64,000 nucleotides of DNA from Takakia lepidozioides. Taxonomy: Eukaryota > Plantae > Bryophyta. The position numbers and the translations under genes are program-made. Each line of letters starts with the position of its first letter. Positions within the stretch are counted from its first letter, which is position 1. Positions 51,668 through 63,910 of the stretch are shown one piece after another. Under the pieces are notes generated by a model. The model worked only from the letters and a program-made list of their open reading frames with translations. It was not told where the DNA came from and made no database searches. Location of the stretch: positions 50,716,001 through 50,780,000 of the forward strand of contig CM060733.1 of assembly GCA_030704615.1 (NCBI GenBank), read 5' to 3'.

Positions 51668-52539
51668 GCTCCTCGATCCCTCTCCTCCTAGACTTGAAAC
51701 ACCGTCGCAATCTACAATCTCTCTCGATTCCCTCCACTCGCTTATACTCTTGCCTGCTCTCTGTCCGGAACCACAATGGCGGCAGATCAGCAGCATGCGC
51801 GAAGGTGACGACGAAGAAGATGGGCTGCGTAAGGAGAGGCTTCCAATGCACCCTCCCCACACGTGCGACCCTTCTCTCTTTTTTTTTTTTTTTTTAAATT
51901 CGTTTACTTACTTTATTCGCTTGTTGTTGGCTCTCTTGCATAGAGAGACTTTGCAACATGTTGAAGTCAACGGAGAAAATGTGGTCAAAGGAGGACCTTA
52001 AACCGTGTCAAGGCTCCGGTTCGTCCGATTGGGCTGAGTCATGCCCCTTACTCTCACCTTCTGCTTATCTTTTGCCAAAGCAAGAGAGCCCATTGCCGTT
52101 GTAGGCTTGCTTTTTTTTTTTTTGGTTTTTTTGTTTTTTTTAGAACAGGGGACAGAGGCCTGGTAGAAACTTTACTCGGAATTATTTGGGGAAAAAATAT
52201 TTTCTATCTTCTTACGATAAAAGTTTTTTAAGAAAAGAACTTACTTCTGTGATGCTGGCTAGGGTTTGATTCCAAGGGAGAATGTGCTTTTCAGTGTTAG
52301 TCATTGCAGGCTGGATACTTGTGTTATCAGCCTCTTGTGCATATAATTGTTTGGTGAAGGGTGGCTCTATGTTAGGTTGGCTTGGGCCGGAGTCCTATCT
52401 GCCTCAATGTTTGTAACGACTTTCAACTTTTTTTCTTTTTTCCTTTTTCTTGAAAAGAGAAACATTGGGAGCAACAAGTTGCTTATGAGAGTTTTCAAGT
52501 TGCTTCTCATAAGAAAGTTTTTGTGTAGCGAATCTTTTA

Positions 52540-53295
52540 ATTTTGTTGCAATAGATAATATGAAAGTCATGCATTGTTTGAAATGGCTTTGCTTCTAAGT
52601 TCTAACATGGAAAGTTTTTGTGTCATGTCTTTCAATTTTGTTGTGGATAGATAGTATTAAAGTGAAATGAGTTTACTTCTAACATGAAACTTTTTGTGCT
52701 GCGTCTTTCGATTTTGTTGCAAATTGATATTATGAAGAAGTTCTACAAAGTTGTTTGAAATGGTTTTGCTTCTAGCATTTGTGTCGTCATGTCTTTCAAT
52801 TTTTGTTGTAGATGCTTTAAAATTGTATTGAAGAAGTCTTGCACTGTTTGAAATGACTACTTTAAAATGTTTTGGTGTTGCGTCTGTCATATTTTTGTTG
52901 TTGCAAATTGACAGTATGAAGAAGTACTGCATTAATTGTTTGAAATGGCTCTGCTTCTCATATGAAATTTGCATGTGTGATTTATGTTGTAGATAGATAG
53001 ATTTACGAAGAAGTTATGCATTGTTTGAAATCGCTTTATTTCTAATATGAAAGTGTTTGTGTCGTGTTATTTTTTTTTTTGGTTGCAGATCAATATATAG
53101 TATGGAAAAATTCTACATGGTTTGAAATAGCTTTGAAAAAGTGTTCATATGTCGCGTCTTTATTTTTGTTTTAGATATTAGATAGTACGAAGAAGTTCTA
53201 TATTGTTTCTGCATTGTTTGATATGAATTTGCATATGAAATTGTAGCGTCTTTCATTTTTTGTTGCAAATAGAAGAAGTCATGCATTGCTTGCTG
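52540..53295. repeat. Degenerate ~90-bp tandem repeat array, about 8-9 copies
   Basis: Core (GC)ATTGTTTGAAATGG..TGCTTCTAA...GTCTTTCAATTTTGTTG recurs near 52571, 52660, 52750, 52841, 52935, 53018, 53116, 53211. Confidence 0.8.
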
Positions 53296-54711
53296 AGGTG
53301 AGATATCTGCTTGTTTGATTCGCGTTTTGAGTTTGGGCAGAGTATGCCTGACTAGTGTTGCTCCATAGTCTACCACTGTTTTCAACAATGTTCATCTCGT
53401 ACTCTACTCGTGGAGCATTGTGTCTCGTGACAACTCTCTTAGATAAGGTACTGTAAGCTGCCATAGTGGTGCACTTGTCAACGATACTAGTATTGTTTGT
53501 TAAAGTTTCTAAAACAAGTAATATATGATTCCGTCAACATGAAACTTGAAGCACTCAACAAGAAAGTGGAAGTACTACATCTTGAAATGAAGAACGGAGT
53601 GAACCTTTCCTCATACAATGTTAATCCGATTAGCCGGCAATCTGATGCTGCATAGCCTTGAGCGTGTTGCCAAATCATGGATCCGAATGAACGATGCAAT
53701 GACGGAACGCAAAGAGCGGCGGCTGCGTCGCAATCCCGCATATGAGGATGCGGATGAAAAGAAAATCAACAGATATGCCAAGGCCATTAGGCAAGTCGTT
53801 AGAACGTGGCAAATGAGTCTAGCAAGCGTTAGTGGGTGTGAAATCCATTGATCTCCCAAATGTCCAAGACCTTGTAGCTACCTTGGAGGCCGCTGAAACT
53901 GAGATCTTCTAAATAATCTCTTACCAACATGTTTTAAGCGCATAGTCATTTTCTTTGCGCCGCCAAGGTTTTTCATGAGTCCCCTTGTCTTTCGAGCTTC
54001 ATGTGCATGTATGTAGAGTCTCTTTACAGGATACTAGTTCATTTTACTTGCATATCATGAGAGACATGATATTTCGAGATGATACTAATTAGTTAATTAT
54101 TCACTTTTAATTGTCTTGATATATTAATTAATTAAAAAATCAATGTCATTTTTAATATTCTAGTTATATGATTGGTGTTGGTATCATTATGGTCTAAATT
54201 ATTTCATTTGGTTTCAAAAATCAGACTGCAATCACAATGAGTAGATATATTCTTGTTTGCTTGGCTCAAAGCAAAGCTTTCAGTAAATGTCGAATCTCAC
54301 AAACAAATATACACTCATGCGTCTCTTTGATGAATCTTGAACCACTGTAGAGCAAAAAGAGGGCTCCTGCATGTTCTTCTTGTTCACTCATGCATTGTGG
54401 TTAGTTGGATGACACAAGTGACACCGCAGCGGAAGAAAATATATCACCTACGTCATCTAGCATATTATCCTAGAAACTGCAAGTATGTCTAGTTCTAGTG
54501 AGTTTCTTCTCTTGTCCTATGTATATCTCTCTACCCTACAAACTGAATTGAATGAACATAACAAGTGGCCAAGATCTATGCTACTTGCCATCATGATTCC
54601 AAGGGTTTTCCATCTGCAATGTAGATTCTGGAAATGAATCAACACCTATTCGTTGCCGTGAGTGTACTGGTATAAGTAAATATTTGTGCTCTAAGTGCCA
54701 CCATGTTTCCC

Positions 54712-55283
54712 TCAAACCAATAATCTGAGGATCATAACAGCAACTTGCTCTAGTTCTGGCATAATCTGATGTGTGAGCATGAGTCATTCTAAGTCATTGT
54801 CTCAAACTCAAACCCCCAATCCTCAAACATATGATTCATCTATATGCCCCAAACATTGCATCTCAAGAGACAAGACCTCCACCATATGCACCAAATGATC
54901 ACCATTTACTGCCCAATCAGTCCGGACTGCACCAGCCCAGTCCATCTCTCACACATTGCTCCCAAGTCCAATCTGATGATCTATGCTTACTACTCGCTTA
55001 TATCAAACCAATAATCTGAAGATCATAACAACAACCTGCTCTAGTTCTGGCATAATCTGATCTGAGCATGACTCATTCTAAGTCCTTCTCAAATTCAAAC
55101 CCCCAATCCTCAAACATCTGATCCATCTATATGCCCCAAACATTGCATCTCAAGAAACAAGACCTCCACCATATGCACCAAAGGATCACTATTTACTGCC
55201 CAATCAATCTGAACTGCACCAGCCCAATCCATCTCTCACACATTGCTCTCAAGTCCAATCTGCTGATCCATGCTTACTACTCA
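54712..55283. repeat. 291-bp tandem duplication
   Basis: TCAAACCAATAATCTGA...ATGCTTACTACTC at 54712 and again at 55003, with scattered substitutions and small indels. Confidence 0.92.
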
Positions 55284-55925
55284 TTTATATTCTTCCCCGG
55301 TGCCCCCATCCATAACGGACGGTGCGCCGAGAGACTGCTAATTCAATGGCTAACCCATCGCTCTCGGCCTTTTATTTGGCAGATCGCGGGTAATTATCCC
55401 CCTTTCGCTCTACCTTGCACTCTGATAATATTTGTGCTCCCCAAGTTTTTCTACAGCTACTTCTTTTCATCCATTCGGATGAATAAGCACACATTTCTAT
55501 GTTAATTACCACCTTCGTTCATCTATCTGTCAACCAGCTATGCTTACTTATCTATCCCGCCAGTGATGACCAACTGTTGAGTCCGTTCATCCGCCCGTCA
55601 TCCTAAAAATCCCCAACTGGATGTCGTACGCCACCTTAGCATCCATCTAGTCATCTTTTTCATCCCTGCATTGCTTTCTTCCTGAGCCCCGACACTTAGC
55701 CAAAAACTAGCTCCTCCAAATCGCGGGACTCAACGTTGCCCTACACCACACTAACTGCTCAATGCATAGTTCTGCCTTTGTTGCTAGCATTTACAGAGAA
55801 TGACAACCTAAATTTGAACTAGCAGACACGCCAACCCTACTTATCACACACTAGTTTCTATATTATTTGTTTCTCTCTATATTGCATTCACAACCAAACC
55901 TCCATCCACAAATTGTTGTGGGAGA

Positions 55926-56450
55926 CACTAGTGTAAAAACACCATTGGAACGACATATTAAATGATCGAAAAATGTCATTTGAGCATCTGTATGAGGTGG
56001 CACCAATACAACAAATTGTGATTAGTACAGATCAGGTTCTCTTTGCTAAGAATCCTTACATAATTCGTTGGTTATATATATATGTTCAAATGATAATTTT
56101 TTGGTCGTTTAATATGTCGCTCCAATATTGATGTCGTTCCAACCGCAAGGTCCGAGCAACAGTGGTGGGAGCGACAAAATAATATACACACGTGGCACGT
56201 GTAACTAGATGACGTAGTAGGTCTAGCACACGTTATAAATAGACCCACGTGGGAAGAGATTTCCATGTGGCGAATGGACCATGTGAACTTTTCTTCTAAG
56301 TGGCCAATAGACCACGTGCCACGTGGTAAGATTTTTCGAGGTCCACCACGTCCGAACAAATAATTTTCATTGTCGAAGAATAATCAGGTGCATTTTTGGG
56401 GCGCCGACTTTGGCAATATTTGTTATACTTGTTGTAAATTATCTTTTATA
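55926..56450. mobile_element. CACTA-like element left end
   Basis: CACTAGTGTAAAAA terminus followed by inverted subterminal pair TTGGAACGACATATTA / TAATATGTCGCTCCAA; CACGTG-rich block at 56189-56325. Confidence 0.6.
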
Positions 56451-56669
56451 ATATTTCCTTGCAAATGATCAATGTGTCATTCCTCTGCCCAACCACATGT
56501 CTGCCACATGCAACAATAACAAGTTAGGATATCAAAATTGTGTTACCTTACCTCACCTGAGAACCCCATATGCCTAAAAACAACAAAAGTCCAACAAACA
56601 TGCATAGCTCTCACATATCTAGAATTTGCAAAAGTCAAATGCAGCAGCAAGATGGAAGCAACAACATAC

Positions 56670-58370
56670 CTTCCAATCAGAGTAAATGTAAGTGTTTCAT
56701 TCAGGTCCAAAATGAGTGTGAAAACGTGTTGTTCATGAGGAGGCAAGTCGGGCAAGAGTTTGTTTGAGTATGGGCTTGCAAAACCCTACCACATAGCCAA
56801 CATACATGCTTAGCACTTCCCTCACATCCCAAACACAAACTACACTCAAAAGTTTAGACATCAGTTTGTATATAACATGTTGTTTTGCATAGAACCCAGT
56901 TTTGTACAGGCCCTGGATGACAACCTAACAAATATATCAAATTCACATCATGTGGCACCTACAAACAAAAATTGAGTCATGGTTGCATTATGAGCACATA
57001 TTAGTACCCACAACAACCCAAACCAAACTTGTGTCTTAAGAATCTAGCATAACACATTGGGTATGGCACATAGAAGTGATTGGCGCAGGAAGCCATCTAT
57101 TCACAGTCAATTTCACCCACCCGCACTTGGTTTTCCAGTGATTTGCGCATGTCCAAATATGCTTCTGCCACATTGACTGCCGCTGCTCTTCAACACAACC
57201 CCAACACACAAGAGTTGAGCAGTCAATTCAACAAAATACAATTACTCTCACAAACCAGCAAATGGCTGATGTAGTAGACCATCCCATATGGGTGTCATTA
57301 CCCACATGGATGATTGTCCTGCAAACTATGTAGAACTCCAGATGGCAAAATTATCTGAACTGCTACCACACACTAGATACTATGATTGTGCTCTTCAAAC
57401 TTGATCGAATCCTCAAATGTGAGGAACTATCCCTACTGTATGCCCTTCTTTGTACTGAGGGTTTAAATTTCAAATACCTATATCTGAACCTTTGAATCCC
57501 ATGATTGTGTTTTGCCCTTCACTAAATAGGAAAGTGATGTGGATATCATGCTTAAGTTTAATCCTATCTAATATGTGCAATATTGGATATGGACATGGCT
57601 TGTTGAGTTGAAGCTTGACAGATCTGATTCACCTTCAGACTCGGGAAAAGGTGGGTTGTAGGCCTGGAATGTTCATAAGCAACTCTTATGGAAGGAAATC
57701 TTGAGTCTGTCCGGCTGGGATTCTAAATTCTTATGCTACAGACCACATAACCATCTTGAACAGAGCATTAGTACAGGAACAAAGCAACGAAAGTAGGAAG
57801 GGACAAAGCCGATTAGGGGTGGAATATGTGATTTTTGTTTCACTAGTTGGCATGGGGTGACCGGCAAACATACATCATCATTTGGTGGTCAAACTACCAA
57901 TTTTCCCTCTAACACAAGAGATCTTTGACCATTAATTCTAGGCCAAGGACATAAAAGAGTTAATGACTCTAGTTACAAGAGCGGTGTTAGGATGGATGTG
58001 AATTGATTTAGGAAGTACACGTGATAATACTGAGTTTCTTCTCAGCTTGGTGCCTCTTTCAGCCATTATTATAGGAGCCTGGAGGACCATGCAATGCTTG
58101 CAGGATAGCAAGGAATGTCCAAGTACAAAGGAGACGTCTCCAAGTGATGGAAAGACGGCCGTGGCCGCGGCAAATGTCTCCCCTCAACAAGCAGATATCT
58201 CACCCCAGCAAACATATTTCCCATAGTATTCCCCAAACTGGAATACAACCCTTGGAGAAGATTACTTGGGCTTGGGACGATTTGGGCTTGTTATCTGTTG
58301 TAAATTCTAAATTCTTGTTGTGCGAAGACACCTTCGCACTGCCCTTCTGGCAATGGACAACCAGGCCCAC
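56670..58370 (-). pseudogene. TIM50: TIM50 (mitochondrial inner-membrane translocase subunit) pseudogene, intron-containing, 3'-truncated
   Basis: Exon ~57187-57121 (AVNVAEAYLDMRKSLENQVR) splices to exon 56785-56670 (GFASPYSNKLLPDLPPHEQHVFTLILDLNETL, +2 frameshift, IYSDWK). Decayed exons at ~57256-57319 and ~57634-57736; presequence-like LSIARRAVRR at ~58330-58365. The downstream RGWRTFKRPG exon was not found. Confidence 0.8.
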
Positions 58371-59425
58371 CTCCATCCGCCCTCCCTCGGTTTACGTCGA
58401 CCGTCGAAACATCGGGCTGTTCGACGAAAAACGCAGGCCAACCCACCAGCCCCCGTTGTTATCGCGACCTGCCGCCCAGACTCCAGGGACGCCAGCCCGG
58501 AGGAGCAGCGGGCGATCAATAGAAACGTGCTATACAGCAGCGTAGTGAGCGCCGCCACCAAGCTCGTGTTTCTTTCCACGCCTTTCCGTGGCGGCGACAG
58601 ACCGCCCCATCTCGCTACCGCCTTCGAGCTTCACCCCCATGGCGCTGTCCACTTTTGGACATGTTCTTTACCAAACATTTCACTCGTGCCTCACCTTGCG
58701 AGATACCTCTACAATCCTCTAGGCCTGAAAAGTGCAAAGACACGGCTTGGGCAAACTTGGCTCTTTGGAAGAGGGGCTTGGTCATGTAGTCCTTGAAAAC
58801 AACATTGTATACATGATGCTTTGCTGCTAGTCTAAGTACCTCCACGTCTTGCACACCAAAAGTTGATGCCCACCATCTGCAGAGTACACTGGCTATCTGG
58901 GAAAAATCCCATTTTAATGAGTTATTAACTATGTCTGAAAAGCATGCCGTGTCTAGACTTTTTTATGTGTAAATGTCAACCCCTGTTTCTGAAATGTACA
59001 CAAACTGCATAAAATTCCTGAGGCACTGGGTCCTGTATGTCTATTTGATTTATGATCTCTGAGTGTGCTGAGAGATAATAAACATTCTGAAAAGAGACCG
59101 GATTAGCATGTGTGAATGATAAGAGAGATTGTACTCATAAGACGTTGATGGCCGTAGCCTTGTGGCCAAATGATAAGAGAGAAAGCATCTACAACCTGAA
59201 AGGGCAGCGGTAATAGTTGTGCAGGTTTTATTGGACTGTGTGCTGAGTTTATCGTGATGAGAGGGACCCAAAAGAGGCAATATTTAGCTGTCGACCATAA
59301 AGCCCTAAGTCTTCACAATGGTTGGAGCGATAGTCACTTCTGTTATGTTTGGTTGCGAAGCATCATCATTCTCACGCCACCTGAGACGGATTGGAATAAG
59401 GCTGAACATAGATGAGAGGGTGCAG

Positions 59426-59685
59426 AAAAATTCGGAAGGCTGCACCACCATACCGTGTGATGCTGCACAACGATCTAACTGTAACAAGCGGGAGTATGTG
59501 TCCAAGTGCTGATGAAGGTAATTCCAGGCATGACAGTTGACATTGCAGTCAACGTAATGCAGGAAGCACATGTGAATGGGATGGCTGTTGTCATTGTCTG
59601 TTCGCAAAATGATGCCGAGGTCGAACACTGCTTACAAGGAGCAATGGCCTTCTTAGTTCCATTGAACCAGCCAATGGTGCACTAG
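59426..59685 (+). pseudogene. ClpS1: ClpS1 (plastid Clp protease adaptor) last exon, pseudogene
   Basis: After acceptor GTGCAG: KIRKAAPPYRVMLHND / NCNKREY / VQVLMKVIPGMTVDIAVNVMQEAHVNGMAVVIVCSQNDAE / HC / SNGLLSSIEPA, with several frameshifts. Confidence 0.88.
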
Positions 59686-60816
59686 TCAAATTGCCAGCCT
59701 TGGGTCCTGCAAGTGTAGTGTACAGAGATCCCCGAACATTGGTGGTTATAAATCTTTGGACCAGTTGCATCTTGCACATAATGATATGCACAGCAGCAGC
59801 CGCTTCCAGAGAACTATATGCCTTAGGAGACGCTGTTGCAGAATCACTTTGCTTCTAGAAGAATTTGATCAGCAAACATCTACGCTAAATGGGCGTTGAG
59901 TTGTGAGATACACAAGGCAAAAATCTCTAGTGCAGCGGATCGAATTGTTGTTTAAGAGACCTGGTTCTAGATGCAATTTGTGTCGAGATCCTAGATTTCC
60001 AAAGTAACGTCTTTCTAGTTCATGGGGCCTTCATAAATGAAGTGGCGGTGTTACTCACAATAAGAGAATATAGTGCGAGTGGTTGTAGCCGAGAGCTGTG
60101 GCGATTAATTTGATTTCTGTGTACAAATGAGGGCAGGAGATGACAGGGAGCTACAGCTTGAGGTCATGTCCCCAACCTTTTCTTCAGCAACCTCCCCTTT
60201 GCTATTTACATCACACCAATGTGGACTGTTTACAAGTGGATCTCTGTCCAGAAGCCATTCGGAAGCCATCGGTCATATAAGGATCTGCAACCCACTTACA
60301 TGAAGATCTTGGCTGATGACAGTCGGTTATCCTGTCTGGTTACCAGTTGGCGTGGGTGCATTGGAGCTGCCTCCATCTCTCTGTGTACCTTCAGATGAGC
60401 AGAGAGGCGAGGTGGAAGGAGTTTAAATATCCGGCAACACCCTCTTCTCTCTTTTCGCAGTAGGGGAAGGAAGAACATTGGTAGCTAGCAATGCGGCGAC
60501 ATATGTGTTGGAAAACAGCTCCATATTCAGCGAAACTATAACTTGATCTGTGGAGGAAGTTAGAGACACCAAAGTAACTGACCTCTGTATTTGGATTGGG
60601 AGAGGCTTCGACTTAAAGTTTAAGCTAGACCATTGTGGGACTACTTAACACATATAGTAAAAAGTAGGTCTAAATCGCAAGAGATTAATATAAGAAACCT
60701 CAGGCTGAAGCCACAGATCGATTTGTTCTTCTTCCGCTGTGTTTGTGATTCTATGGTTGGGTGGAAAGCTCCTATACAATCCTCGTTAATGTTAATCGAC
60801 AATCTACGTTTACAAC

Positions 60817-63433
60817 ATGGCGATCTCCTTGGCAGTAGCTGCGATCGTAGCTGGGATCGACGGAGTTGTGGCTGAGGTCGAGACAAAGTTTGCCTTCTTC
60901 AATGCTGCAACAATTTTACAGGGTCTCTTTGTTGCAGTTGTAGTCTCTATCATCGTCATGAAGGTGAAGGAGGCGAAGCTGAATCTGCCGCCGGGCCCCA
61001 TCGCTCTACCTATCGTTGGCAACTGGTTGCAGGTTGGTTCAGAGTGGCGACGTTTTCTTGGATGGACGCCTTTTTTGGAGTCATGTTTGTCTTGCCTCTT
61101 CTGGTTCAGCTTACCGAGCAGAACGGTGCTGTTCAATGGCCTTCTTAATCTATGGCACCTGGCACTTTCAAGTGGTTGCCATTCTGCATGCAGAATGGCC
61201 AGTCCGTCGCCTTTCTGCGTGGCCAGAGTAAGCCATGGAAGACCTTAACGTTAGATCGTGGTGGCGCAGGACTTCATACGGATATCTGTCTGCCGACCTT
61301 TGTAGTTTCGCTTTGTCTGTCGACCGGTAGAAACAGTAGTTTCTACAGTGAGATGAGCCCAGTTTTTTTTTTGATGTCTTCTGCCCTCTGATGTAAATTT
61401 GTCTGCAGGTTGGAGATGATCTGAACCCTCGGAAACTTGCTGAGATGTCAAAGAAGTACGGTGACTTGTTCTTGTTGCGAATGGGGCAGAGGAACTTTGT
61501 GGTAATCTCCTCTCCAGAGCTTGCGAAAACTGCCCTTCACACCCAAGGCGTCGAATTTGGCTCCAGAACACGGAACCTAGTCTTCGACATCTTTACGGAC
61601 AACGCCAACGATATGGTGTTCGCAGCTTATGGTGAGCACTGGCGTAGAATGCGACGCCTCACGACCGCCCCCTTCTTCACCAACAAGGTTGTCCAAAACT
61701 CAAGGTTTGGGTGGGAGAGTGAGATCGACTGTGTGATTAAGGATTTGAAGGCGCGTCCCGAAGCTTCAACGACCGGAGTTGTGATAAGGAAAAGGTTGCA
61801 GCTGATGATGTACAATGTCATGTACCGCTTGATGTTTGATTCGCGATTTGAATCTGAAGACGACCCCCTGTTTGTGAAGCTCAAGGCGTTGAATGGGGAG
61901 AGGAGTCGGCTTGCACAGAGTTTTGAGTACAACTATGGTGACTTCATCCCCATCTTGCGGCCATTCTTGAGGGGCTACTTGAAAATCTGCAAGGAGGTCA
62001 AAGAACGGCGATTTGCACTATTCAAGGAGCATTTCGTCGAGGAGCGCAAGTAATTGGCTTCAAGTTGGCTGTTTTGTTGAACCTTCTCTGTACATGCTAA
62101 GCTTGAGATCATGGTGTATACTCTCCAAAGCCTTTCTGTTCCTATCTCTTGTAATGCTGGTGTCTTCCATGATGTTGCCAGCCAGGATAGAGGGGAAGGT
62201 TACGTAGCCTAACGATTTTGATCTCTGAGGGTATCCCCGTCTAATGACCAAGTAATCTGAAATGGTATGGAATGGTGCATCCCCGTGTAAACTTTTTTTT
62301 GTAAAGACGTGAACAACGATTGACACATGGGTCTGCAGGAAGTTGATGAGTTCGAAGGGTAGCAACGCAGAGAGTGACAGGTGCGCCATTGATCATATTC
62401 TCGATGCACAGAAAAGGGGGGAGATCGATGAGAATACTGTGCTCCTCATTGTTGAGAACATCAACGTTGCAGGTTGAGCTCTAACTCCTGATGTCGGGCC
62501 GTCACCTTTTCAACCTAGCTGTGGCTTGTTGAATAGACAGAGCTTGTTTAGGTCATTCAAGGCTGCCCTTTTGGAGGAGAGGGAGGTAGCAACTGTTGTA
62601 GGTCCAGTACTAACAGATATGTACTACATGAGCAGAAAGATGAGAGCAAAGCTAGTGTTTCAATGGAGGATGGTTGGAGGTAGCATATTCTAAAAAAATT
62701 CCACTGCATGTTTCTCCATCACCTGCTAGTGTGTAGCAGCGTGTTGCTGAGTATGGTGATCAGTTACTCCCGCTCCAGGCCCTTCTTGTGCAGTTCTCTC
62801 TCATTCTGCCTAACCCATGCCTTGTGGACTGATGCAGCAATCGAGTCAACAGTCTGGACGATTGAGTGGGGAGTGGCTGAGCTTGCCAACAATCCTAAAA
62901 TGCAGAACCAAATTCGCCACGAGCTTGATACTACACTGGGAAAGGGGGTCCTGATTGAGGAACCTGATACAAATGACAACAAGCTGCCATATCTCTCTGC
63001 TTTTGTGAAGGAGGTTATGCGGTTGCACATGGCAATCCCGTTTCTTGTGCCTCGCATGAATCTGCATGCTGCGAAACTGGCAGGTTATGATATCCCCGCT
63101 GAGACTAAAGTCCTGGTGAATGCCTGGTGGATTGGAAACAATCCGAACTACTGGGATAAACCTGAGCAATTCATGCCAGAGCGCTTTCTGAATGAAAAGA
63201 TTGAAGCTAGTGGGAATGACTTTCGATACCTGCCCTTTGGAGTAGGCCGGCGAGCGTGCCCTGGACTGATTATTGCCATGCCACTGTTGTCCCTTGTGCT
63301 CGGTCGGCTGCTTCAAACGTTCGAGATTCTACCTCCACCCGGTGTTGATAAGCTGGACATGACTGAGAAGGGGGGACAGTTCACTCTTCACATTGCCAAT
63401 CACTCCACGGTGGTAGTCAGACCTAGGGCCTGA
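60817..63433 (+). CDS. CYP73A: Cytochrome P450 CYP73A (cinnamate 4-hydroxylase-like), 528 aa, divergent active-site motifs
   Basis: Exons 60817-61032, 61409-62049, 62339-62472, 62838-63433 (1587 nt, open). [56 protein letters not shown] and heme motif [10 protein letters not shown]. Confidence 0.96.
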
Positions 63434-63738
63434 CAGATCAGTGGATATTGACACAACAACAAAAGGAGGGTGGGTTACTGGACAAGCCTAATCAACATTT
63501 CCTTCACAGTTTTTATGGAGGACATAGAATGTGGACTGTCTCATGTTGTTGCTCAATTTTTTACTTTTTTCTCTCTTTTTGGGCTCAATTGTTTTTTAAA
63601 AAAATTAAACAGGGGACAGAGGAATTGTATGTCAAATCATCTGTTTTTAGAGGCTCATTTCACATTGGTTGCCTGCATAATTGGACATGCTAAGGTCCAT
63701 AATATACGCTCCCACCTTGCTTGTTGTAATCCTTTGCC

Positions 63739-63910
63739 GACAACCAGCATGTAGCCCGGTGGTAATGTGCACATACAGCGTTGGATGTGGTTGTGGGTTC
63801 ATACCACGGTCTGGTGTGTCATGAAGGTGTCCACCTTTCAGCTGGAAGGCAGTAGCCCTTGTGGTGAAGTGACACCATAAGTTACGCTCCCTTTGGGAGG
63901 TGTCATACTT
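63739..63910 (+). mobile_element. tRNA-derived SINE (family A, copy 2)
   Basis: A-box TAGCCCGGTGG, B-box GGTTCATACC; shares GAAGGCAGTAGCCCTT and AAGTGACACCATAAGTTA with 14552-14736; perfect 12-bp TSD TAATCCTTTGCC (63727-63738 and 63911-63922). Confidence 0.88.

Noticed and set aside
21051-63433. Classical biosynthetic gene cluster (CSLA + MYB + P450)
   Set aside because: CSLA and CYP73 act in unrelated pathways and no scaffold-forming enzyme is present; only the weaker MYB-CYP73 link is kept as a hypothesis.
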